Positions 27,102 through 35,394 of a stretch of 64,000 nt of DNA are shown here, piece by piece (within the stretch, counting starts at the first letter, position 1; every line of letters begins with the position of its first letter). The notes beneath the pieces were generated by a model that was given only the letters and a program-made list of their open reading frames with translations, was not told where the DNA came from and ran no database searches. The DNA comes from Patescibacteria group bacterium (lineage in GTDB: Bacteria > Patescibacteriota > Patescibacteriia > CAIXNZ01), in contig JAQTMG010000001.1 in the NCBI GenBank assembly GCA_028714455.1, positions 568-64,567 on the forward strand, given 5' to 3'. The position numbers and the translations under genes were made by a program.

Positions 27102-27149
27102 TACAATCTATCACATAATACAGACCGTACCCTGGGGTGCGGTTTTTTA

Positions 27150-27191
27150 AAAAAGAAAAACCCCTCACCTTTTCTTTGAAAAGGTGAGGGG
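27150..27191 (-). terminator. terminator of the short RFLAIRK paralog (minus strand)
   Basis: cccctcacctttt-N5-aaaaggtgagggg followed by T-run on minus strand. Confidence 0.55.
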
Positions 27192-27207
27192 TAAGTGTTC
27201 AAATACC

Positions 27208-27456
27208 TTACTTGCGAATGGCCAGGAACCGCCAACTGCCAAGCCACTTACTGTCAACATTGTTCCAGTAGAGGTTGAGCTTGCGCTTGCCATCATTGAA
27301 GACCAGGCACGGACAGTTACGATTGCCGTTGTCATTGACCCAGACCGAGCCGAGATTATACAGAATACCGCCAAAGCCACTGCCCATTGAGTACTCTCTG
27401 GACTGTATTTTATGCGGGAGCATCCTCCCTTGATATTCTGTACCAAGTATTTTCAT
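27208..27456 (-). CDS. short paralog (83 aa; possible pseudogene/remnant) of the C-terminal Cys/Trp-rich domain, ...WRFLAIRK
   Basis: GSVWVNDNGNRNCPCLVFNDGKRKLNLYWNNVDSKWLGSWRFLAIRK aligns with C-terminus of 27682..28296; GC-rich; own extended -10 promoter and ~150-nt leader. Confidence 0.45.
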   Translation of the reverse strand: MKILGTEYQGRMLPHKIQSREYSMGSGFGGILYNLGSVWVNDNGNRNCPCLVFNDGKRKLNLYWNNVDSKWLGSWRFLAIRK

Positions 27457-27581
27457 TTTTAGAAATACCAAATGTATGCTAAGCCAAGACGTGTCCTGAC
27501 CTATTCTAACGAATTTAGTATTCTAGATTTCAACCGCCCAAAGCCGTGACCGTGGGCTGATTCGTTTACTATCCATAAAAA

Positions 27582-27626
27582 ATTATAGCACAAAAAAAAC
27601 ACCGCGCAGATATTATCCACGCGGTG
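27582..27626 (-). promoter_or_regulatory. terminator of upstream paralog (caccgcg-N13-cgcggtg + T8) overlapping extended -10 TGcTATAAT
   Basis: Seen on minus strand between the two paralogs. Confidence 0.45.
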
Positions 27627-27681
27627 ATATGATTTGCAAGTGTCCAAGTGCCAAGAGCTCAAGGTTCCAAGAATCCAAGAA

Positions 27682-28296
27682 CTACTTGCGGACGGCCAAG
27701 AAACGGCAACAGGCACCCCAATGACCGTCACCACCGAACCAATAGAGGAAGAGCTTGCGCTCGCCATCAGTGAAGTTCAGGTACGGACAGCTACGATTGC
27801 CGAAGGCATCGACCCAGACCGAGCCGAGAGCGACGATCGGAAACTCCCGTTGAACATCCGGGTTGGCCGCTCCAAAGGCGAGCAGGTGTTCAATGCTAGC
27901 CGGCTTAAGACCCAGACCGTCAAGATGCGCCAGCGCTTCTTTGGTCGTAGCGTCTTTGTTGAGATGAACCAGAACCAATTCGGCTTCTTGCTGACCGACG
28001 CCCTGGACAGGAAAGTGCTTGTCGCTGATGTCGTCATTGACCCAGGCATATTTGCCGAGCTTGATCATCTCGGTGAGCGTCTTGCCGTAGTCCACGACCA
28101 CTCTGTAGGTGTCGCTGGCTTTTTGCCGGCCGAACATGATCAGTTCGGCAACCTGCTTGACCAACTTGCTGTCAGTGAGCAGGCGGTGCAGATCGTCGTC
28201 GCCGCCGCCCAATTCCAGGACGGCATTTGTGATCGCTTGCATTATGGACCACATTTTGCCGGCGGCCTTCAAAAACTCGCTTTTCTTTCTTGCCAT
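27682..28296 (-). CDS. hypothetical protein (204 aa) with C-terminal Cys/Trp-rich domain ...HWGACCRFLAVRK, GC-rich
   Basis: Strong SD aaaggaggatttgacaATG; the mirror-image plus-strand ORF 27634..28323 lacks ATG/SD and is rejected. Confidence 0.6.
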   Translation of the reverse strand: MARKKSEFLKAAGKMWSIMQAITNAVLELGGGDDDLHRLLTDSKLVKQVAELIMFGRQKASDTYRVVVDYGKTLTEMIKLGKYAWVNDDISDKHFPVQGVGQQEAELVLVHLNKDATTKEALAHLDGLGLKPASIEHLLAFGAANPDVQREFPIVALGSVWVDAFGNRSCPYLNFTDGERKLFLYWFGGDGHWGACCRFLAVRK

Positions 28297-28532
28297 TGTC
28301 AAATCCTCCTTTGTCGCGCTTAGCGACTCCAGTGGCTTGCCCCTTGCTTTGACTTTCAAGGCCTAAGGCTTGCCAAGTATGCTTTCATACTATCATACTT
28401 TTATAATTTTGTCAATGATAACGATTCAAAAATTAGCTAATATTAAATAAATAAATTTTTTAGCTATCTTTAGACAATAAATCCAGGCAAAGTTGACTAA
28501 GACCAAAATTTTTGCTAAACTATATTATAATA

Positions 28533-28567
28533 TAGCTCTGGGCTCGGAGCTTTGAGCTTAGAGCTTT
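28533..28567. repeat. tandem heptamer array (TAGCTCT GGGCTCG GAGCTTT GAGCTTA GAGCTTT)
   Basis: 7-nt period. Confidence 0.6.
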
Positions 28568-28650
28568 TTAAATAAAACATTCTAAAATTGTTCCGAAGGG
28601 ATGCCTTTGGCATAAATTGTAAATTGAGAATTGTAAATTGTTTCAGACTC

Positions 28651-28729
28651 CGTAGTTTCCGCCAGAGGCGGACCACGAATCGAGCTTTGCTCTGGTTCGT
28701 GGCAATGGATATCAAAAAATTAACACCTG
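28651..28729 (+). repeat. tRNA-Arg-associated leader element, copy A (identical to copy B at 60670-60752)
   Basis: CCGTAGTT + TCCGCCAGAGGCGGA hairpin + CCACGAA-N16-TTCGTGG hairpin + CAATGGATA (tRNA D-loop sequence) + TCAAAAAATTAACACCT, directly abutting tRNA-Arg 5' end. Confidence 0.7.
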
Positions 28730-28801
28730 TCCTCGTAGTTCAATGGATAGAACAAGAGCCTTCTAAGCTCTGGATTGGGGTTCGATTCCTCACGGGGACA
28801 T
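28730..28801 (+). tRNA. tRNA-Arg (anticodon UCU), no encoded CCA
   Basis: Acceptor GTCCTCG/CGGGGAC, D-arm GTTC-AATGGATA-GAAC, anticodon arm AGAGC-CTTCTAA-GCTCT, T-arm TGGGG-TTCGATT-CCTCA. Confidence 0.85.
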
Positions 28802-28906
28802 CAGTGGTTCTCGGCCAAAGGCTGATCCGCCTCTGGCGGAGATTCCTGGCGGGGTCATAAGGAGATTCGAGTTTCGTGCAAGAGCAAGAGAAATAAAAAT
28901 AAAAAT

Positions 28907-29251
28907 ATGTTTGATTTTGAAAAACTTGAAGTTTATAAAAAAGCCAAAAATATAAATGTTGAAATTTCGGAATTTTTAAAATCTGCAAATGTAGATATTT
29001 TCCTGAATAATCAGTTGAAAAGAGCTTCGTTAAGCATATTATTGAATATTGCGGAAGGTAGCGGTAGATCAACAAAAAGAGATAAAAGAAATTTTTTTGT
29101 CATTGCTCGCGGTTCGGTCTTTGAGTGCACTTCAATTTTTGATCTATTATTCACAGAGAAAGAAATTGAAATTGAAAAATATAATTATTTTTACAATCAG
29201 CTTGAAGAGATTTCAAAAATGCTATACGGTCTAATCAAAACTCATGAATAA
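28907..29251 (+). CDS. four-helix-bundle protein (23S rRNA intervening-sequence / Avd-like family)
   Basis: 114 aa; KLEVYKKA...LKRASLSILLNIAEGSGRSTKRDKRNFFVIARGSVFECTSIFDLL pattern of TIGR02436-type proteins; flanked by inverted GCAAGAG-rich repeats (28883-28895 / 29256-29280). Confidence 0.75.
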   Translation: MFDFEKLEVYKKAKNINVEISEFLKSANVDIFLNNQLKRASLSILLNIAEGSGRSTKRDKRNFFVIARGSVFECTSIFDLLFTEKEIEIEKYNYFYNQLEEISKMLYGLIKTHE

Positions 29252-29288
29252 ACTCTTGCTCGTATCTCTCGTCTCTTGCTGATATCAT

Positions 29289-29360
29289 GGCGGGTATAGT
29301 TTAACGGTAGAACAGCGGGTTGTGGTCCCGTTGGCCTGGGTTCAACTCCCAGTACTCGCC
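29289..29360 (+). tRNA. tRNA-His (anticodon GUG) with encoded G-1, no CCA
   Basis: G-1 pairs with discriminator C73; acceptor GCGGGTA/TACTCGC; anticodon loop TTGTGGT; T-arm CTGGG-TTCAACT-CCCAG. Confidence 0.85.
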
Positions 29361-29444
29361 CTGTACAATTCACCTCTAAGGAAAAAAGAGTCGAATTTCC
29401 GACGGGGATAAAGTTTTGACAATTTAATTCACTTATCAAAAAAC

Positions 29445-29645
29445 ATGAACGGAAAAATCAAAAGATTGACTGATAAAGGTTTTGGCTTCATCGCTTCCGA
29501 TGAAACTCCAGACAAAGATGTCTTCTTCCATTCCAGCGCGCTGGTCGGAGTCGGTTTCGCCGACTTGAGAGAAGGCGACGCCGTGACATTTGACACCGAG
29601 GATTCGGAAAAAGGTCCTCGCGCCGTCAACGTGAAACGCGTCTAA
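29445..29645 (+). CDS. cspA: cold-shock protein (CSD)
   Basis: MNGKIKRLTDKGFGFIASDETPDKDVFFHSSAL (RNP1/RNP2 motifs); terminator cccgtataaatgcggg at 29661-29690. Confidence 0.9.
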   Translation: MNGKIKRLTDKGFGFIASDETPDKDVFFHSSALVGVGFADLREGDAVTFDTEDSEKGPRAVNVKRV

Positions 29646-29774
29646 GATTATCGTCAAATGTAAAACCTCCCGCATTTATACGGGAGGTTTTATAGTAAAA
29701 AAATCGGCACATTCTCTAATTTTTTTATTTTGAATAGTTTGCTATAATTTAAATGTTAAATATTAAATAAATCT

Positions 29775-30263
29775 ATGAAAAAATTCTTATTCATCGCTGT
29801 TCTTTTAGCCACGCTCACGGCGGGTTGCAGTCTTACTCCAACAAATCAGAACCAACCGCCAGTGAACCAAGTTAGCGAAACTACTGTCAGTTTCCTGGTG
29901 TCGCCAGATGCCTACACAAAATACTGTAACGGCGCTGACATGGATAGCGCTGGTTATAAGAAATCATTGACTAAACTCGAGACGCAAACTGTGCCGGGAA
30001 ATTTAACAACTGCGGAAATCGCCAAAGAGGCGGTTATTTTGGCTTCGAAAGAATCAACTCTTGAAACCATAACGGGCAATCAGCCCGATTTTATAAAAAT
30101 AGTAGATGATACCGCTTACATTATACCGATTGAGGGCTGGGCAGGAGTTTCAATCTTTATGTGCGCCTGGCAACCGCTCGTGGAAACGAATCTTTTGCAA
30201 TTTTCCGAAATTAAAAATGTTGTCTGGGTAAATAATGCGCAACAATGGGCCGCTTTGAAATAA
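29775..30263 (+). CDS. lipoprotein, hypothetical (162 aa)
   Basis: Signal peptide with lipobox LTAGC; terminator ggggctcgcttcgcgagcccc at 30284-30312. Confidence 0.6.
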   Translation: MKKFLFIAVLLATLTAGCSLTPTNQNQPPVNQVSETTVSFLVSPDAYTKYCNGADMDSAGYKKSLTKLETQTVPGNLTTAEIAKEAVILASKESTLETITGNQPDFIKIVDDTAYIIPIEGWAGVSIFMCAWQPLVETNLLQFSEIKNVVWVNNAQQWAALK

Positions 30264-30378
30264 TTAAAAATTGATAAATAGAAAAAGGGGCTCGCTTCGC
30301 GAGCCCCTCTTGATTTAAAATCCTATTTTTTTAAGTATCTAGTCTTTTATCAGCTAGAACGAAGCGGAACTAACCGAT

Positions 30379-32247
30379 TTGAAAAAAATCAAAAAATGTT
30401 TCATAATTGTATATATGAATTATCTATTACTCATAATTTCAAATCTGCTCGATTTGATCTTGCTAATCTTGCTGATTGTCTTGATAATCGGCATTTTTCA
30501 ATTGACAAAATCTCTTAAAAGAGAGTATGGGCTTATTCAGAAATTGAGAGTTGCCCCGAAGCTGATTGCGGCAAAACCGGATAAAATTTTCGAACAGCAC
30601 GTTGACCGAGATCTCAACGGCACGTTTTTGGCTTCCTACAACAAACATAAAGAGTCTAGCAAATTAATTAAACGCTTAATGGCCGGCACCGCGGCTTTTT
30701 TGGCCATCAAGCTAGTGGTGGTGAGTTTAATCTTTCTCCAGATCCCGAAGCCGAGCGATGCCCAGTCAAAATACTATTCCGCGCTTTACATGGCCAGCAC
30801 CTTTAACACGTTTACTAAAGGAACTTATACGCTTGCTCAATGGGATAACGATGGAATTGATTTAAAACCGGGCCAGCTTGATGGAAATTACATATCCGTA
30901 CCCATCGGCAGCGCAAATGCCATCAGTCAGTGGAAAAATCTTTCTTTCAAAACAGACCGCCCTTATGGACAGGCGCCGATTCTGAAAAATCTGATTGCGA
31001 CCTGGCCGCTTAACTCGCTCAACCAGTGTGCGGAAGCAAAATCCAAGTACACGTGCGCGGTCCAGGACGTCGTCCTAGCTGACGGGATATATGAAACCGA
31101 CGCTTACCGTTTCGATGGCTTCAGGTCAACAGTCAAAATAGAACAAAATGTTTCTCCCGCTGGTTCTTTCACTGTCGCGGCCTGGATCAGACCCGCCCAG
31201 TTTATTTTAAACGGCAATGAAAACCAAAACTATACGATTTTCGCCAAGGCTTACGGCGATTACACGGCCAAAACACCTTATGCTTTCAGATATCAATTAT
31301 TTTTCGGCATCAGAAACGGCAGTCTAACACTGCAATATTGGTCCGATACTAACCCCGAGCATTGGGTCAAGGTTCAAAACAACAAATTTAATTTTGACGC
31401 CGACCGCTGGTATCACGTTGCCGGGATTTACGACGCTACCAATAAGTCGCTTGAACTTTATATAGACGGCATTGAGCAATCCAATGTGCTCATAGACTAC
31501 GATGGAGGCAAAATCGACCATGCCCCCAACTTTAAAGAAAATCTGCCCAGCTGGATCGGCAGTTCCGCTTTCAGATGGACTGACGGGCAAGAAAAATCCG
31601 TCGATGTTTTTAATGGCACGATCGATCACGTTGTACTTGCTAATTCTGTCATGCCGCTAAACGACATCAGAAATCTGGTATATTCGGCCGGAAGAATAAT
31701 ATTTCAAGTACGTACCGGCGATACTCTGCCGCTGAACGGAATATTTTTTGGTCCAAAAGGCGACCCAACCCAATTTTTCACTAATTCAACTGCCAACGAC
31801 TTATCTTTCTTGCCTTCGAGCAAATACCTGCAGTATATGTGCTATTTAAGCAGACCCGATACGAATTTTAATCCTAAACTGGTTAATATCTACATTGATT
31901 ACTTGACGATGGAACAAGAGTCCGATTTCCAAATTTCTTCGGTTAACGGAGTAAATAACGGCTCAAATATTTCACGCGACCCCGTTAAAGAAAAGGAGGC
32001 TAACGATTTATTTTACAAATTCTTTGGCTATAAGCCGAAAAGCGAAGCCGATCAACAATTCGTTAATCTGCTCGCCTACGGGCAAGTGAGCAGTCGTAAT
32101 CTCACCCTGGAACAAAGCGGTCTGTCTGCTTTTGTTAAACATTACAAGCGCTTGCCAAAATCAGATCTGGACTGGCGCCTCGTCAGGGCGCTGGCTTATT
32201 GCCCGAAGGGAACAGAGCTCCTAAACGCCTGGCTCGGCAAAAAATAA
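30379..32247 (+). CDS. membrane-anchored LamG-like (concanavalin A-like lectin) domain protein
   Basis: N-terminal TM; central FTVAAWIRPAQ...NYTIFAKAYGD...WYHVAGIYDATNKSLELYIDGIEQ resembles LamG jelly-roll. Confidence 0.55.
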   Translation: MKKIKKCFIIVYMNYLLLIISNLLDLILLILLIVLIIGIFQLTKSLKREYGLIQKLRVAPKLIAAKPDKIFEQHVDRDLNGTFLASYNKHKESSKLIKRLMAGTAAFLAIKLVVVSLIFLQIPKPSDAQSKYYSALYMASTFNTFTKGTYTLAQWDNDGIDLKPGQLDGNYISVPIGSANAISQWKNLSFKTDRPYGQAPILKNLIATWPLNSLNQCAEAKSKYTCAVQDVVLADGIYETDAYRFDGFRSTVKIEQNVSPAGSFTVAAWIRPAQFILNGNENQNYTIFAKAYGDYTAKTPYAFRYQLFFGIRNGSLTLQYWSDTNPEHWVKVQNNKFNFDADRWYHVAGIYDATNKSLELYIDGIEQSNVLIDYDGGKIDHAPNFKENLPSWIGSSAFRWTDGQEKSVDVFNGTIDHVVLANSVMPLNDIRNLVYSAGRIIFQVRTGDTLPLNGIFFGPKGDPTQFFTNSTANDLSFLPSSKYLQYMCYLSRPDTNFNPKLVNIYIDYLTMEQESDFQISSVNGVNNGSNISRDPVKEKEANDLFYKFFGYKPKSEADQQFVNLLAYGQVSSRNLTLEQSGLSAFVKHYKRLPKSDLDWRLVRALAYCPKGTELLNAWLGKK

Positions 32248-32352
32248 CTTTGTCGCCAAACACTTTTTTACGTTTACCTCGCTGATTGACAGGCGTCTTT
32301 TTTTAATGTAAAATAAACTAACGACAAAAAATAAATAACCCAAATTGAATGT

Positions 32353-34179
32353 ATGAGTAAAACAATTTTAAAAAATTTTTTAGTATTTTTGATAATCTTT
32401 CTAGTCATCGCTGTGCTTTTTAGCACTTACTACGTGACAGCCGAAAAGCCGACCACCATCGGCCTTGAAAAAGTTGTCCAACAGTTAAACAACGGGGAAA
32501 TTTCACAAATCATTGTTAAGGGTGATCAGCTGGAAATAACCCAAACCAACGGCAAAAAGGAAGTCTCCAGCAAGGAAAGCACTGAATCGTTAAGCACGCT
32601 TTTAAAAAATTTCGGTGTCGAGGCGAATAAACTTCAAAATGTAAATATAGAGATCCAAAGTGGCGGTGACTGGAGCTTCTGGCTAACCACGATTTTGCCG
32701 TTTTTGATTCCTTTTATTTTAATCGTACTTTTTGTTTACTTCATGATGCGGCAGCTCCAAGGCGCCAACACCAAAGCTCTCTCCTTTGGCCAGAGTCAGG
32801 CAAGAGAAATTCAGCAAAAAGGAAAAGCAAAAATTACTTTTAAAGACGTAGCCGGTTGCAAAGAAGCCAAAGAAGAACTGACCGAGATAGTTGAATTTTT
32901 AAAAAACCCCCGCAAATTTACGCAGCTCGGCGCTAAAATACCCAAGGGCGTTCTTTTGATGGGCGCGCCTGGGACGGGCAAAACTCTACTGGCCAAAGCA
33001 GTGGCCGGCGAAGCCGACGTGCCGTTTTTTTCAATTTCAGGCTCTGAATTCGTGGAAATGTTTGTCGGTGTCGGCGCTTCCCGCGTACGTGATCTTTTCA
33101 AAAGAGCAAAAAAATCAGCGCCCTGTATAATTTTTATTGATGAGATTGACGCCGTCGGCAGACAAAGAGGAGCCGGCCTAGGCGGTTCGCATGATGAAAG
33201 GGAGCAGACACTCAACCAAATCCTGGTGGAGATGGACGGCATGGAGACAAAAATTAATGTCATTGTCATGGCCGCCACCAACAGGCCAGATGTTTTAGAC
33301 CCGGCGCTCTTAAGGCCAGGACGATTTGATCGTCGCGTTATTCTTGATCTGCCTGACATTAACGACAGAGAAGCGATTCTAAAAGTGCACGCCGAAAATA
33401 AACCGATTTCCAGAGAAACAGACCTGCGAAGAATCGCCGAAAGAACTCCTGGTTTTTCCGGCGCTGACTTAGCCAACCTGCTTAACGAAGCCGCGATTTT
33501 ATCGGCCAGACGCAATAAAAAAATAATTGAACAGGCGGAAATTTTTGAAAGTGTTGAAAAGGTTATGCTCGGCCCCGAAAGAAAAAGTCATATCTTAAAC
33601 GAAGCGGAAAAGAAAATAACCGCCTTCCATGAAGCGGGTCATGCCTTGGTCGCTCATGAACTGCCTCACGTCGACAGGGTACAGAAGGTTTCAATTATTT
33701 CACGCGGCCAGGCAGCCGGTTACACGCTCAAATTGCCCATAGAAGACAGGCATCTTCATTCGAGGTCAGAATTTATCGAAGAGCTGTCTGTCTTACTCGC
33801 CGGCTTTGTCGCCGAAAAAGAAATCTTTGGCGAAGTCACCACTGGCGCTTCCAGCGACTTGAGAACCGCCACCGAGTTGGCCAAGAGCATTGTCACGGAA
33901 TACGGCATGGACGAAAATATCGGTCCGCGCACCCTGGGCGAGCGCGAAGAACTAATCTTTTTGGGTAAGGAGATTCACGAGCAGAGGGACTACAGCGAAA
34001 AAACAGCCGAGAGGATTGACCAGAGCATAAGCGCGCTTATCTCTTCGGCCCAGCTCACCGCCAAAAACATCATAATTAAAGACAGAAAGCAGCTAGAAAA
34101 AATCGTCAACGAACTCATCAAGAAAGAGACTCTGGAGAAAGAAGAATTCGAAGCGCTTTTCCCCAAAACCAAAAAATAA
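32353..34179 (+). CDS. ftsH: ATP-dependent zinc metalloprotease FtsH
   Basis: Two N-terminal TM helices, AAA Walker [19 protein letters not shown] zinc motif. Confidence 0.95.
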   Translation: MSKTILKNFLVFLIIFLVIAVLFSTYYVTAEKPTTIGLEKVVQQLNNGEISQIIVKGDQLEITQTNGKKEVSSKESTESLSTLLKNFGVEANKLQNVNIEIQSGGDWSFWLTTILPFLIPFILIVLFVYFMMRQLQGANTKALSFGQSQAREIQQKGKAKITFKDVAGCKEAKEELTEIVEFLKNPRKFTQLGAKIPKGVLLMGAPGTGKTLLAKAVAGEADVPFFSISGSEFVEMFVGVGASRVRDLFKRAKKSAPCIIFIDEIDAVGRQRGAGLGGSHDEREQTLNQILVEMDGMETKINVIVMAATNRPDVLDPALLRPGRFDRRVILDLPDINDREAILKVHAENKPISRETDLRRIAERTPGFSGADLANLLNEAAILSARRNKKIIEQAEIFESVEKVMLGPERKSHILNEAEKKITAFHEAGHALVAHELPHVDRVQKVSIISRGQAAGYTLKLPIEDRHLHSRSEFIEELSVLLAGFVAEKEIFGEVTTGASSDLRTATELAKSIVTEYGMDENIGPRTLGEREELIFLGKEIHEQRDYSEKTAERIDQSISALISSAQLTAKNIIIKDRKQLEKIVNELIKKETLEKEEFEALFPKTKK

Positions 34180-34225
34180 AGAAAATAACTTATTTTTAAA
34201 ACCCCCGCGGCGCGGGGGTTTTAGA

Positions 34226-34254
34226 TTGAGTAAGAAAGCGAAATATTGTATAAT
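34226..34254 (+). promoter_or_regulatory. promoter TTGAGT-N17-TATAAT followed by 24-bp operator-like palindrome (34280-34303)
   Basis: Perfect palindrome AATTTATCAAT-ct-ATTGATAAATT between -10 and RBS of the 34319 gene. Confidence 0.45.
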
Positions 34255-34318
34255 ACTAATAGGCAAAATCAAAATAAAAAATTTATCAATCTATTGATAA
34301 ATTAGAAAGGGAAAAAAT

Positions 34319-35374
34319 ATGGACATCACCTACAGAGCAATTTTAAAAAATGCTCTACGCGTTGTTTGGAAAAATAAAATTCTCTGGTTTTTCGGCATCT
34401 TCGCCTCGTTCCTGACTTTCGGCGGAGTCTACGAAATAATCATCGGCCAGATCAACCTGTTCAGAAACAGAGAGATTTTATATAACTCCGTTTTGAATCT
34501 CTATTCCAATCAGAGCTTGTTTTTAAACAAAAATATCTATTTTCTCAATCTGCTTTCCTCTGACAGCAGTGCCTATATATATTTTATTTTAGCCGCCGTT
34601 TTGGTGCTGTTTTTTTTCTGGTTTGCCTTCGTCTCCCAGATTTTTATCATAAAGTCTTCTTATCTGCTGTACAGAAAAAAAATCATGGAGACCAAAAAAA
34701 TATTTCATCAGAGCACGACAAAATTCTGGCCGGTCCTGGGGATTAACATCATAGTTAAACTGATTCTGTACGCCGGCTTTATCGCCTTCAGTTTGCCGCT
34801 CTTCTTCTCGCTTTATACCAATCAAATAAATAACGTGACGGCGGCCAGTATTTTTCTCTTTGTGCTTTTTACTCTGTTGGCGATCTTTCTGGAATTTATA
34901 AACGCCTATGCCACCAACTTTGTGGCCGTTAAAAATCATCCGATGATCGAGGCTGTAAAAGAGAGCTGGCGGCTTTTTGCCAAAAACATCACGATCAGTC
35001 TTGAAATCGCGCTAATACTTTTTGTCTTGAAGATAGTTGCTCTCATTATTATTTTTTCTCTCTTTTTCTTATTGCTAATGCCGCTTTCTTTATATCTATT
35101 CGCTTCGCTGGGCCTGAATTCACCGGCTAATTTCGTACTGGCCATCTCGCTCATCGTGCTGGCCTTTACCCTCATTTCTGTTTTTATAAATTCATTTTTT
35201 GCCGCTTTTTCTCTCTCTACCTGGGCGATTACTTTTGCTAAACTGTCCGAGGAATCAATGATGAGCAAACTGGCTCGCGTGGCCAGAAAAATCCCCGCTA
35301 TCTTAAGAAGAAGCGCGATAAACAAAATCAACGGTGTGAAGAAGCTAGGTGCTAGAAAAAAAATAAAAAAATAA
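34319..35374 (+). CDS. polytopic integral membrane protein, hypothetical (351 aa)
   Basis: 6-8 hydrophobic helices; basic C-terminal tail. Confidence 0.6.
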   Translation: MDITYRAILKNALRVVWKNKILWFFGIFASFLTFGGVYEIIIGQINLFRNREILYNSVLNLYSNQSLFLNKNIYFLNLLSSDSSAYIYFILAAVLVLFFFWFAFVSQIFIIKSSYLLYRKKIMETKKIFHQSTTKFWPVLGINIIVKLILYAGFIAFSLPLFFSLYTNQINNVTAASIFLFVLFTLLAIFLEFINAYATNFVAVKNHPMIEAVKESWRLFAKNITISLEIALILFVLKIVALIIIFSLFFLLLMPLSLYLFASLGLNSPANFVLAISLIVLAFTLISVFINSFFAAFSLSTWAITFAKLSEESMMSKLARVARKIPAILRRSAINKINGVKKLGARKKIKK

Positions 35375-35394
35375 CGTCTCGTTATTGACTAATT

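Noticed and set aside
27634-28323. 229-aa plus-strand ORF (and 27184..27390) mirroring the RFLAVRK genes
   Set aside because: They begin with TTG, lack an SD, and are the antisense of minus-strand ORFs that have a strong SD and terminators. They are open only because of high GC; paralogy on both strands is expected from mirror reading.
26157-28801. Interpreting xerC/D + GC-rich cargo + tRNA-Arg as a complete integrative island bounded by the two tRNA-Arg genes
   Set aside because: The 32-kb interval between the two tRNA-Arg genes is full of core housekeeping genes (ftsH, polA, tsaD, etc.), and the recombinase looks like a canonical chromosomal XerC/D. Only the small 27.1-28.4 kb block is compositionally foreign.
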